Both the position numbers and the translations under genes were made by a program. From NCBI GenBank assembly GCA_964016885.1, contig OZ024741.1:43462001-43526000 (forward strand): 64,000 bases of DNA, in the 5' to 3' direction. A model generated the notes under the pieces. The model worked only from the letters and a program-made list of their open reading frames with translations, made no database searches and was not told the DNA's origin. This DNA is from Eledone cirrhosa (taxonomy: Eukaryota). Positions 25,863 through 37,891 of this stretch are shown piece after piece; the stretch's first letter is position 1; every line of letters starts with the position of its first letter.

Positions 25863-26090
25863 TAGAAAGTTCGAGTATCGAAAACTCGGCGCACGAGTTC
25901 ACGATAAACAATATTCGAAATGAGCGGCAGAGGGCTCAATAATTCAGATGAATCAGAGCTATAACTATCGTTAAAATACCGTCACACATAGAACAAGTCT
26001 ACAATCAACCATACGATAAAAAATCGATAATAGAAGATTCGGGACAAACAGATAAAAAATATCAATAAAACAATACATCAATAATTTAAA

Positions 26091-26330
<240 letters not shown>

Positions 26331-26460
26331 CGTGAAGGTGTGTGGCTTAGTGGCTAGAGAATTGGATTTGCAATCGTGAGGTTGTGAGTTCGATTCCTGG
26401 ACCAGTCGATGCGTTATGTCCTTGAGGAAGACACTTTATTTCACGTTGCTCCTACCTGGA
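26331..26460 (+). mobile_element. tRNA-derived SINE (head plus CORE-like domain), truncated
   Basis: A-box TGGCTTAGTGG, B-box GAGTTCGATTCC, then TGTCCTTGAGGAAGACACTTTA. Confidence 0.75.
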
Positions 26461-26624
26461 GTTGCGACCGATAGATAGTATTAGCAATTGGAAAGACCAA
26501 CGGAAATTTTGTTTCCTCGGTCCGATTTTACGAAAGTCGATCGTTCCTTTAAATATAGGAACGCAATCAGATACACATTCACAGTCGCTCTCCTATACCC
26601 CCCTCCCCCCCACACCCCCACACC

Positions 26625-26673
<49 letters not shown>

Positions 26674-26791
26674 TCAACGTAATATTTCTATAATAAGTAG
26701 TTTAATTTATTTTAGTTACTTAATATGTAATATTGTATGTTAGGAATATGTTAACAACGTTTAAAGTGATAATTAGATTTGAATATAAATT

Positions 26792-26839
<48 letters not shown>

Positions 26840-26870
26840 GTATATATATCTATCTATATATATATGTATA

Positions 26871-26903
<33 letters not shown>

Positions 26904-26946
26904 GTACATATCTATCTACATATATATATCTACATATATCTATATA

Positions 26947-26980
<34 letters not shown>

Positions 26981-27132
26981 ACTCTTCTGAAAAAAAAATA
27001 TATATATATATATATATATCTATATATATATATATATATTTTTTTTTCAGAAGAGTTTCAGAAGATTCCGTTAAGGGTGAAAGCACCGATTCTTTGCTTA
27101 AACTTTAATCTGTTATTTTAATAAATAAATAA

Positions 27133-27196
<64 letters not shown>

Positions 27197-27607
27197 ATAT
27201 ATATAATCATGCACACGCTCCCACACTCGCCCACACACACACACATATATATATATATATTATATATTTTCAATGGCGTTTATAGAATTTCTCACGTAAG
27301 CTCACTCATACATATGTATACATTCATGTGTGAGTGTGATTTATCTATGTAAGTCCTTTATAAATATAAGTGCGCTTATGTCTTATACACATAAATATAT
27401 TCTGTTTATATACAGAAATATTTAACATTACAATTTCTATGTTTTTTCCAACGAGACAAATAAATTACGCATACTACACATATGATCACAAAATATCCAG
27501 ACGTAGACACATATACTCTAACCTGCACATATACACTATCCTACCAGCTCACGCACCCATATACATAAACACGCTCCCTATTTTTTAATCTCGATCCTCA
27601 CCTCCAC

Positions 27608-27678
<71 letters not shown>

Positions 27679-27775
27679 TGCATACACACACGCACTCACA
27701 CATATACATATATATAAATATATACACACACTTACACACTCATACATATGTATATATATATTTATATATATATAC

Positions 27776-27811
<36 letters not shown>

Positions 27812-28150
27812 GTGTATATATATATACATATATGTGTGTGTGTGTGTGTGTGTAAGTGTATATATATATAGCATACACACGTATATACACTATTTGTGTA
27901 TGTATATTGAATAATCAATTTGCACAGATGTGTATATACGAAAGAATCTCATTATTCTTTTTTGCGATGTTCATATCTTTTTCTGTCTTATTAATATTTA
28001 TATTCCAACATCTCCAGCTTTCTCTCGCTGTTGAAATCTAAGAGGAAAACTATATGAAGAAAAAAATAGACTTGTGTATAACGGTCATTTATTCAAACTA
28101 GAATCTTCTTCACGATTCAACATTTTTGATTCATTCATATTGGACAGATG

Positions 28151-28162
28151 CTTCTTCTTCTT

Positions 28163-28222
<60 letters not shown>
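28151..28222. repeat. Compound (TTC)n(TTA)n microsatellite at the Tx1 5' junction
   Basis: Direct reading. Confidence 0.95.
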
Positions 28223-28434
28223 GAATGTCATGGTTGACGGAGGCTCGGCTCTGTAAGGTATAGTAATTTTTAACCGTTAAAACAATTGTAAATTGTTTAA
28301 AACTTGAACCAAATTGTTGATAAAGACACCCTCCTCCTCGTGAGAGGGGTCTTTCTGTCCGTTATTTGGCCCTTCGGGGTTAATAACCAGTTATTGGGGT
28401 TTTGTACCCAAAATTTCATTTTAAACAAAAAAAC

Positions 28435-30527
28435 ATGGCTACCAAAAAGAAATTTCATACGTCACTCCCACTCATTCCGTCTTCTTCTTCCTCAATCATC
28501 ACTACAGCAGAGAGAAGATTGTCTCTCTCCCTCCCTTCTTTAAATGTGTCTCTCTCCCTCCCTTCTCTTTCGCAAGCGACGAAAGAAAAGAAAAGTCTCG
28601 TGCAAAGCGTGCAAGGTTTCTCCACGACGACGACGACAGCGACGAAACAGGTGTGCGGGAAATACGAAAACCCAGTTCATTCGTCTGACGTCAGGAATAA
28701 TAGCAGTAGCAGCCGTAATAACAACAGCAACAGTGACAATGAAAACAACAGTAGCAGCCGCAACAGCATCACCAGCAGCATAAACAACAACAGCATTAGC
28801 AGCAGCAACACCAACAACAACCACAGCAACAGCGGCGGAGGCAGTAGTCGTAGTACCTGCAGCAACAAAAGTACCAGCAGCTCTGACGACAACAACAACA
28901 GCAGAGAAAAACCAATCTCATTTGCAGGTATTGCGAAAAACTTGGAAACAATCCTCATAACAAATGAGGAATTAGAGGAAGCGAAGAAGATGGTGACAAA
29001 GAACGGACACCGAGCAATCTGCAAGGCAGCGAAAAATTTTTTCGAAACCCAAGAGCACTGTACGGTCACGTACCGTACAGTAAGTACAAAATCCCGTAGG
29101 GTGGAAAGAGCCACAGAGGCCCAAATACAAAAAGCCTTGGGGTCTGTGTGGCAGAGGAAAACGCACATCACCCGAGGCAAAAAATACGCCACCGTAGACG
29201 TACTTTTTGCCACACCCCAGGAGGCAAAGGCCCAATCAGTAGTGACCCTAAGGAGCGAGGAAATGGAGTTGGTGCCCTCCTACTGCGGGCAAAAAATTGT
29301 GAGGGTCAAACTGACCCACGTCCCCCCCGGAATGACCCCTTCTTGGCTGGCCGCGTCTGTCCTCGTCGGAATCGAGGACAAAACAACTGTACTGCAAGTA
29401 CAGAAAAAAGTAAGAGAAGATTGGGTCGGCTCCTCCATTGAGATGCTAATCCAAACCAACCAGGAGTGCATCGAAGCTATCCCGGATGTGATAGACTTCG
29501 ATAACGGCACTCAACTGCCCATAAGTGTTGAGGGCAAACGCCCGAAATGCTTTCGCTGTGGATCGAAGACTCACCTCAGGGCCTTCTGCAACGAGAAGAC
29601 CATGAGAAAGGAGAAAACCCCCCTCCTTCCGAATCCGGCTCCACGGCTACCAGCAACAGGACAAGCGGCAACCAGGAACGATAGGTCCGTGGCACCCATA
29701 CCCACTCCACGGAAATCAAAGACAGAAGCAGCAGTGGAAATATTAACAACAACAACAGCAATACCAAATGCAGCTGCAACAGAGACTCCAGTGCAAACAT
29801 ACCAACAACAACAAGTGAAAGAGTGGAGCTGGTACCCCTCCCCGACCTTACAGAATCAGACATGGAGTGTGAGGTGGGAGAGGGATGGCAAAAGGTCGCA
29901 AGAAGGCACAAACGCAGAAGCAGCGCATCGTCGCCTTTGAAAAGGGAGGAAAGAAATGAGAAAAGGGTAAAGTCTACTGCAAAGAGACCCACAGCAGCAA
30001 CACCACCAACACCATCACCACCCACACCAGCACCACCATCACCACCGGCGACAACCCCACCGCCAACAACACCTTCAACACCACCACCACAAGCACCAAC
30101 ATCGCAAACACAACAACAAAACACACACACCCAGCAACAACGACAAGAAAATAGCAGAACCACCCCCCACCCCCAGAAAAACAAATGCACGGCAATAAAC
30201 ACACACAACAAGAAACTAATGACTTACATAATTGAACACACAGACATTTCACAACAGGACTACATAATACCAGCACCAATCAAAACGCCAACTAACATAA
30301 GACTGCTAAAAATAGCACAGAAACAATACACAAACATTAAAACGAAATTCCCCAACGCAGTTGGTGATTTCAGGGACCTAGGAGGAACCATCAATCGAAG
30401 ATTATATTCAGACATTCTCTTAGAAGAGCCGACGACCAGCCGAAGGGACGATTCAACGGTCCCTTCACCAGACGATCAAGTGAAAAGGGATGTAAAAACC
30501 ATCCCTCCTCTACCAAAAGTACGGTAA
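28435..30527 (+). pseudogene. Tx1 family C ORF1 (one frameshift near 29800)
   Basis: ORFs 28402-29940 and 29823-30527. Ser/Asn-rich N-terminus, LVPSYCGQ, zinc knuckle, Pro/Thr tract. Confidence 0.83.
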
Positions 30528-30561
30528 GTGGTCTTTCCCATCTTTTCCACTCTATTTAAAC

Positions 30562-33500
30562 ATGACCTCACTCAGAATAGGCAGCATAAATGCGCGTGGC
30601 TTGGGGTCGTCATGGAAGCAGGGTCACCTGCTCAACGACCTCAGGTCACTAAACATAGATGTAGTGGCCATCAGCGAGACCAGAATCTCCGAAGCACGGG
30701 CCTTCGCACCGATCTTCGGCGGCTACGATGTGTACGCATCTCCCAGCCGTCCTGGATCGGGTGGAGGAGTTGCTGTGCTTTTTCGGAGAGGTTTGGATCT
30801 CGCCATACGGGCCATCTTCCTGGACCCAGAGGGTAAGCTGGTGGTGCTGGACGTGACCAGCGGAGACGGGCAAGCTTTCAGGCTAGTGGCCGTCTATGCC
30901 CCGACAGGAGCAGGGCGGCCTGATTTCTTCCGGCGTCTGGAGACCTTTCTTGGAACGTCCCGCTCTTTAGTGTTAGTGGGCGACTGGAACGGGATCTTAG
31001 ATGCACGCTGGGACTATGTGGGATTAGCGGATAGGGGTGGAGGGTGCAAGAGCCTCACCAACCTGCTCAGGCGTTTTGAACTGTCTGACAGGTACCGATT
31101 GGATTTCCCGAATGTGCCAATGTGGACTTGGACAAACCGCATAGGGTCATCCAGATCATATCTAGATAGAGTATTTTGTAGGGAAATAGATAGGTCTAGC
31201 ATAGGCTGTCCACAATTCAAGATAGTCAGCTACACGGACCACAAATTCGTGACCTGTGTGCTTGACTTAGATAGGCTTCATAGACGAGGACCCGGCTACT
31301 GGAAGCTAAACGCGTCCTTACCAGCGCGCAAGGCCTACAGAGACCGGATTAGCGAACTAGTTAAGCGGGCGTTGACGGGGGCCATCGTCAACAACAAGTG
31401 GTGGTTTGCTCTGAAAAGAGCGATTAGAATAGAATCGATTAGGTTTAGTAAGGCTTTAGCAATAGAGAAAAATAGAGCAGAGGGAGAACTAGTTAGAAAA
31501 TTAGACGAGGCGCTTAGCAAAGGCATTGCGACCGACGTGCTTGCGGCGAAATTGACCCTTGACCAATTCTTCAATGCAAAGCACGAAGGCTGCGTTGTCA
31601 GAGCTAGGGTGCGTGCTCTCAGACACGAGGGGACGAAAGCCGTTCAATGGGCCCGAGTGTCGGAGGCGCGTCGTGGCAACAAAGCCACGATCCGGTCTTT
31701 GGTGGACCACGACGGGCGCATGCTACTCGATCCCGGGCAAATGTGTGAAGCTTTTCAGCGACACTTCGCTCAGCTGTTCGGGGGCAGCGGGGGGCCGGGT
31801 AGAGGGATGGACTTTAGTGTCTACCTCGACGGACTGCCGCGGCTCTCGGCCACTGAGGCGAGGTGTTGCGAAAAGCCGATAACAGCCGCTGAAGTACGGG
31901 AGGCAATGACTGGCTGCACAAGGGGTAAATCGCCTGGTTTGGATGGTCTGCCCTATGAACTTTACGTACAGATGCCAGACTTGTTCGGAGGCCTCTTGGC
32001 GGACGTCTACTGCAACTGGCAACAGAACGGGAGAATTCCCAGTTCTGTGAGCCGAGGAGCGGTGGCACTGCTGAGAAAGGATCCGAACAAGGGGGATAAC
32101 ATAGACAATTTCCGGCCCATAACTCTGCTAAACACAGAGTTTAAGATTTTGGCCAAGGTGCTAGCAAAGAGGTTGGCGCTTGTCGTTGGTGGTCTGGTGG
32201 GAGAGGCGCAGACATGCGCCATTCCCGACAGATCCATCCACGACAACCTCCACCTCATGCGATACATCGTAGAGAGGGTAGCTAGGGAACCTGGCACGGG
32301 TGGGTCCTTGATCAATTTAGATCAGTCGAAAGCTTTCGATAGGGTCGACCATCGTTACCTAGCGGCAGTCCTGAGGGCGGCTGGCTTTGGGCCCGTCTTC
32401 AGAGGCTGGATCGCTGCCATGCACAGCGACATCTGCTCTGTGGTGAGAGTGAACGGTCACCTGTCGGAACCGTTCAACATCATGCGCTCGGTCCGCCAAG
32501 GATGTCCCCTCTCGTCCCTCTTGTACGTATTGACTCTCGAGCCATTACTGCACAAACTGGAGACGTTGAGGGGAGTCCCGCGCGAACTAGGATGCGGAAG
32601 ATCCGTGTCAGCATATGCGGACGATGTCACCGTAGTGGTGTCGAACGCCAAACACATCGAGGCGATCGGCACTACACTAAGAGAATACGAAGCGGTGACA
32701 GGAGCAATGATCAACCAGGAAAAGTCAGTGGGCCTGCAGCTCGGCACCTGGAGAGGCAGGTCCATGCCGTCCAACAGCGTCGTCGGGCGCTGGACGGACG
32801 GACCGGTTAAATTGCTAGGGGTCTGGTTCGGTCCGGACCTCCAGACGGACAAAAACTCGGACGAGGTGACGAGCAGGGTGGCTTCTCTCACCCAGAAATG
32901 GGCGGAGAGGAAGCTATCCCTGAAAGGTCGAGCGGAGGTGGCTAACGCGTACATCGCGTCTGTCATCTGCTACCGCCTAACCGTCGTACCTTGTCCTAAG
33001 CCTCGCCTGACTGCGCTGGAGCGTTTGCTCTTTCGCTTTTTGTGGAAGGGACGTGCTCCGATGGTCAGGCGGTCCATCTGTTGTCAACACCCGCTACGTG
33101 GAGGGCTGGGCATGCCGTGGCTGATGATGCGCAGGCACGCGCTCAGGCTACGACATCTCCACCTCTTCCTCGACGGTGATCAGGTGTGGTCGCCGTTTGC
33201 TAGACGCGTTTTTCCCCAGCTCGTTTCCTTGACGGAGCTGCAGTCCTGGGTCAAGCGAAGACCGAGAGGGAGCGCCTGGAGACTGGAATGTCTTCAGGCG
33301 CTCACAGCCCTCGACCAATCGGGCAATGTGATCGGTGGAAACTCCACCTCGGCGTTCTATAGAGGATTAGTGGAGGGGAAGAGCGACGACGTACTTGGGG
33401 AAACTCTAGGCGTCGACGAAAATCAACTAGCCAATCTCTTCGGAAGAACTTTCGGGCCAGGGCCTATGGACAACTTCCAGAAATCTCTGGCCTGGCAGTG

Positions 33501-33981
33501 CTACCGAGGAGCCTTGCCAGTTCGGGATAAACTCTACAGGCATGGAGGTGCCGTCAGCCGGGCATGTCCGAGATGCGCGCAGGGCGACGAAACCGTCCTG
33601 CACGCACTCGTCCAGTGTCCGAAAATTGCTGACTTGTGGGTTTATGTCGAACACCTGCTGTCGCGTTTAGGACGGATCCAGCTATCATCTGAGTCTATCG
33701 TGAGGATTGCCCCGCCCTCCTCCTTTAGCCGGGAAGGGCAGGCAGTTTTTATCTGTCTGGTGGCCATGGCGAAAGAGATAGTATGGTGGACACGTTTGAA
33801 AGGGCTGAAGACGAGCACTTACCTCTTCGGTGATGCTCTGATTGACTTTTTCAAATTTCATTTGAAAAGGAAAATCAGAGTAGAGAAGGAAGTGCTCTCT
33901 TCCCAGCATTTTGTTGAAAGATGGGTGAGAGAAGCAAGAATGGCCCGAGTGAATGGGCCGACTCTGAGTATATATCTGTAA
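30562..33981 (+). CDS. Tx1 ORF2: APE endonuclease, reverse transcriptase, C-terminal CCHC; intact
   Basis: 1139 aa from ATG with GDWN, SYLD, TDH, KSPGLDG, QGCPLS, YADD and CPRC..ETVLHALVQC. Confidence 0.95.
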   Translation: MTSLRIGSINARGLGSSWKQGHLLNDLRSLNIDVVAISETRISEARAFAPIFGGYDVYASPSRPGSGGGVAVLFRRGLDLAIRAIFLDPEGKLVVLDVTSGDGQAFRLVAVYAPTGAGRPDFFRRLETFLGTSRSLVLVGDWNGILDARWDYVGLADRGGGCKSLTNLLRRFELSDRYRLDFPNVPMWTWTNRIGSSRSYLDRVFCREIDRSSIGCPQFKIVSYTDHKFVTCVLDLDRLHRRGPGYWKLNASLPARKAYRDRISELVKRALTGAIVNNKWWFALKRAIRIESIRFSKALAIEKNRAEGELVRKLDEALSKGIATDVLAAKLTLDQFFNAKHEGCVVRARVRALRHEGTKAVQWARVSEARRGNKATIRSLVDHDGRMLLDPGQMCEAFQRHFAQLFGGSGGPGRGMDFSVYLDGLPRLSATEARCCEKPITAAEVREAMTGCTRGKSPGLDGLPYELYVQMPDLFGGLLADVYCNWQQNGRIPSSVSRGAVALLRKDPNKGDNIDNFRPITLLNTEFKILAKVLAKRLALVVGGLVGEAQTCAIPDRSIHDNLHLMRYIVERVAREPGTGGSLINLDQSKAFDRVDHRYLAAVLRAAGFGPVFRGWIAAMHSDICSVVRVNGHLSEPFNIMRSVRQGCPLSSLLYVLTLEPLLHKLETLRGVPRELGCGRSVSAYADDVTVVVSNAKHIEAIGTTLREYEAVTGAMINQEKSVGLQLGTWRGRSMPSNSVVGRWTDGPVKLLGVWFGPDLQTDKNSDEVTSRVASLTQKWAERKLSLKGRAEVANAYIASVICYRLTVVPCPKPRLTALERLLFRFLWKGRAPMVRRSICCQHPLRGGLGMPWLMMRRHALRLRHLHLFLDGDQVWSPFARRVFPQLVSLTELQSWVKRRPRGSAWRLECLQALTALDQSGNVIGGNSTSAFYRGLVEGKSDDVLGETLGVDENQLANLFGRTFGPGPMDNFQKSLAWQCYRGALPVRDKLYRHGGAVSRACPRCAQGDETVLHALVQCPKIADLWVYVEHLLSRLGRIQLSSESIVRIAPPSSFSREGQAVFICLVAMAKEIVWWTRLKGLKTSTYLFGDALIDFFKFHLKRKIRVEKEVLSSQHFVERWVREARMARVNGPTLSIYL

Positions 33982-34241
33982 ACTAAAGGTGGAAAACTGG
34001 GAGAGGGCACTTGCCTTGGTGGTCAGGGTCATTGTGGCTTTTTACTGGGCTTTCTCCACAAATGTCCCTCCGAAGTCTCCCCCCTATTGGGGAATTTTTC
34101 ATTGTTATTTTCATTGTTATTTTTGTTACATCCTCTGTTTTTGTTTTTTTACACGCAGAAATGCCCATTTGTACCGTCCTGCATTGTCCTGCACTGTCCT
34201 TAATGTCTACTTTATGTAAACCCTTGTGGTTAATAAAGAAA

Positions 34242-34279
<38 letters not shown>

Positions 34280-34291
34280 GTTATTGTTATT

Positions 34292-35480
34292 CCTTGAATC
34301 TCAGTCATTGATGTTGGTTAACTGGAAAGTCCGTTGGATTGAATATCAAGCCACTACCTGCAGCCTCAGATATTCAGGACGTATCGGAGGGTTCTTGCCG
34401 TTCCAAGCAAGCATGCCTTTTGAAGCGTTCCAAAAAGCGTGAAGGGGCCGATTTTCTTTAACCATCCCTGGAAACCTTTGGAGATAGTCCCCAGTGCGCC
34501 TATGACAATCGGGATCACTTTGACTTCATGGCAGTTCCAAATCCTTTTCACCTCCCACTTTAGGTCCTGGTATCGGTTAATTTTCTCCCTCTCCTTCTCT
34601 TGCACTCTCGTGTCGAACGGGCAGGCCACATCCACAATCAGGCACGATCTTTTTTCTTTGTCCACAACCACCAGGTCAGGTCTATTGTGTTCCAGTTTTT
34701 TGTCCGTCTGTATCCTAAAATCCCACAGCACCTTCACCTGACTGTTCTCCATCACCGCCTCTGGCCTATGCTCATACCATTTCTCAGAATGTGGTAGATT
34801 GTTTACTTTGCACAGGTGCCAGTGGATCACCCTGCCCATCACATCGTGTCTCCAGCCCTTATAGTGAGTCTGGGCTAGGTGTTTACACTCGGACACAATG
34901 TGAGCCACAGTCTCTTCTCTCTCTCCACAGATCCTGCACAGTGGGCTAGCCTCCTCCTTGTAGATATGGTGCTTCAACCACTTCGTTTTGAGGGCCTGCT
35001 CCTGCGCAGCCATTAGCATTCCTTCTGTAGCCTTTTTGAGGTCTCCTCTTCTCAACCAGTTCCATGTCTGTGGATCTCTAAATTCAGTTTTCTCAAAGAA
35101 GGTACTATGAAGGGATTTTCCCTTAAGGCTGCTCTTCCTCCTTGATGTTATTTCCTCCTTGGGTATCCCCTGGCCTACTGTCCCCTCCTTCAGTACAGCT
35201 CTGAGCATTGGCTCCTTACTATAGGTCACGTATTTGTATAGGTTGTTTTTCTCCATCTGAACACAGTCCTCTATGCTGATAAGACCTCTTCCACCCTCAG
35301 ATCTCCTTAGGTAGAGTCTATCGACATCACTCCTCTTGTGGAACATGTTGTAGATAGTCAATAGCTTCCTAGTCTTCCTATCCATTTCTTTTTGTTCAGC
35401 AACATTCCATCTCAGAATTCCCGCACTGTACCTAATAATAGACACAGCTCGGGAATTTACTGCGCTTATGGCATTTCTGC
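34292..35480 (-). mobile_element. 5'-truncated Dong-like RLE LINE copy, inserted in the TAA/TTA repeat between two Tx1 elements
   Basis: ORF 34366-35445 (359 aa) has intact CRIC..H..C and RPDLVVVD..DVACPFD..E.EK..Y. It is the same family as 5833-9445 and is flanked by (TTA)n on both sides. Confidence 0.92.
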
Positions 35481-35665
<185 letters not shown>

Positions 35666-35875
35666 GGCGACCTACGTAGTAAATCGTATCATCGTGAGCT
35701 CCGCAAAGGTTTGTTATTTCCGTTTGTTAAAAATTGCCATTTATGGAAAATTTTTATTGTTAACCATATATAAGCGCACATACATTGTTTTCCGAAAAGG
35801 ACACCCAAAAAGATTGGGGTCTTGTGCCCAAAATTTAAACTTTTATTATTATCAAAAAATTTCTTTGAAAAAAAA

Positions 35876-37857
35876 ATGGCTAATTCACCTCTGCACCAAG
35901 CAGCTGAAAGCCTTTCTCACAAATTAACACCTCACACCGACACCACCATTGTAAATCTTACTACGTTTGCCAACACTAAAAAAAATATAAGCACTAGCAA
36001 TATTTTTAATTTGTCTCAGGCAGACATTCATTTCCCGCCATTACCAATGACTGCAGGTGTTAAAGCCTCCACCACCGCCACCACCACCGCGACAACCACC
36101 ACCCCCACCACCACCGCGACAACAGAAACAAAAGAAGAAAAACAAATTAACTCGTGATGTCAAAATGAAATCAAGCAAAATGGACTCTTCCCCACCAAAG
36201 ACGACTGACGTCACCACCACCACAACTGAAACTAAAATTAATATTAACACAAATAACGATAGCAACAACAACAACAATGACATTATAAAAACCACCCTCA
36301 GTTTCGCCAGAGTAGCAAAACAGTTCGAAGCATTTACGGTAACTCAGGAGGATTTAGAAAATGCCAAACAAATGCTAAAGAAAGATGGGTACAGGTTCAG
36401 CCTAACCCCCCACCTAATAAAATGGAGCATCGGCGCCTATGCACCGTGTCGTATCGAACAATAAATGTAAAATCGTGCCGAGTGGAACGGGCATCCGAGT
36501 CCCAAATCCAAAAAGCTTTGGGACATGTGTGGGCAAGAAAAACCCACATCAGACGTGGGCAAAAGTATGGAACCGTGGACGTGTTCTTTGAAACACCAGA
36601 GGAGGCTAGAGAACACTCCATGGCCCCATTAAGAAGTGACGACTTCACACTCGTCCCAAGCTATTGTGGCCAGAGACTCGTAAAGATCAGGGTGACCCAC
36701 GTTCCACTGGCCATCGAAATTCCCTGGCTAATAGCGGCCGTCCTCGCCGGCATCGAAGCCAATACAAAAATAATAGCAATAGCAATAGAAAAGCAGGAGA
36801 ACTGGTCCGGATCTGGGATGGAGCTCCTGATCCAAGCGGACCAAAAAAGCATTGAGGAGATCCCAGAGGTAATAGACCTCACTCACGGCAGCCACCTCAC
36901 GGTAATTGTCGAGGGCAGAAGACCTAGGTGTGTCGTTTGTGGTGAAGGAATCCACCTAAGGGCTTTCTGCCCTCAGGCTAAAAGGTTGAGTCCACCTCTC
37001 CTACCCACCCCAGTGACACAACCATCAACACCACCAGTAGCAGAGATGGCAGCAACAACTGTAGCAGCAACAACAGAAGAAACTATAACAGCAACAACCC
37101 CAGAAACAGTAGCAAAACCAACACCACCACCACCACCAGAAAAACCAACACCACCACCACCCAACGCTGAAGCGTCTACACCATCCACCACGTCACAACC
37201 AAAACTAACGCCTGTGGAGTATTTTCCACTCCCCGGCCTATCACAACTGGAGACAGGTTGTGACAACGAGGAGTGGGAAACGATATCCGGAAAAAAAAAA
37301 GAAATCAAAAAAGAAAAAATTCTCTTCCTTCCTCCTCCAAAAACAAAATACAGAGGCAAACAAATAAATTAAGAAACAAAAAAGTTAGGACAGATATGCC
37401 ACCATCCACACCAGCATCACCAACCCCATCAATCCAAACACCAACACCATCACCATCATTAACCCCAACACCACCATCACCTACACCACAAAAGTCACCA
37501 AAATGCGAAACAGAAACAAACCCACAACAAACGCAAACAAAACAAAACAACCAAAACGATACACACTACACAGCATTAAATTTGAACAACAAGCAATTAT
37601 TACACTACATCCAACACAACACCAGCATCACAGAAAAAGACTACACAACAACCCCAAAATTCACAACACCTCCACACATACAAATCACTCGCATCACACA
37701 GAAAACGTACATGACACTAAAACAAAAATTCCCCAAAGACATCGAAGACTTCCGACAAGCACTCTCCAGGAGGATTTATAAGGACATCCTTCCTGAGGAG
37801 GCCACAAGCAGTGAAAAGGATGGAAAAACCGTCCTTCCCCTACGAGAAGTAAAGTAA
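35876..37857 (+). pseudogene. Tx1 family A ORF1, frameshifted
   Basis: Pieces 35822-36157, 36057-36464, 36422-37372 and 37273-37857; knuckle CVVCGEGIHLRAFC. Confidence 0.87.
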
Positions 37858-37891
37858 GTGGTCTTTCCCATCTTTTCCACTCCTTTTCAAC

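Larger units (their letters stand above)
28223..34243 (+). mobile_element. Full-length L1/Tx1-type retrotransposon, family C (family-A-like ORF2, distinct 5'UTR/ORF1), inserted in (TTA)n
   Basis: (TTA)n on both sides, ORF1 knuckle CFRCGSKTHLRAFC, intact ORF2, AATAAA at 34232. Confidence 0.94.

Noticed and set aside
26331-26405. tRNA gene
   Set aside because: A and B boxes are present, but the acceptor stem is poor and it continues into a SINE body.
30528-30836. GTG-started ~100-codon ORF right after the ORF1 stop (also 37858-38166 and 2564-3046)
   Set aside because: It is an alternate frame over ORF2. It recurs only because the copies are near-identical, and it is not evident in family B.
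32457-32966. Recurrent 169-aa antisense ORF in Tx1 ORF2 (also 1032-1541 and 39788-40297)
   Set aside because: It is a shadow of a GC-rich coding strand, has no recognisable motif and is shorter in family B.
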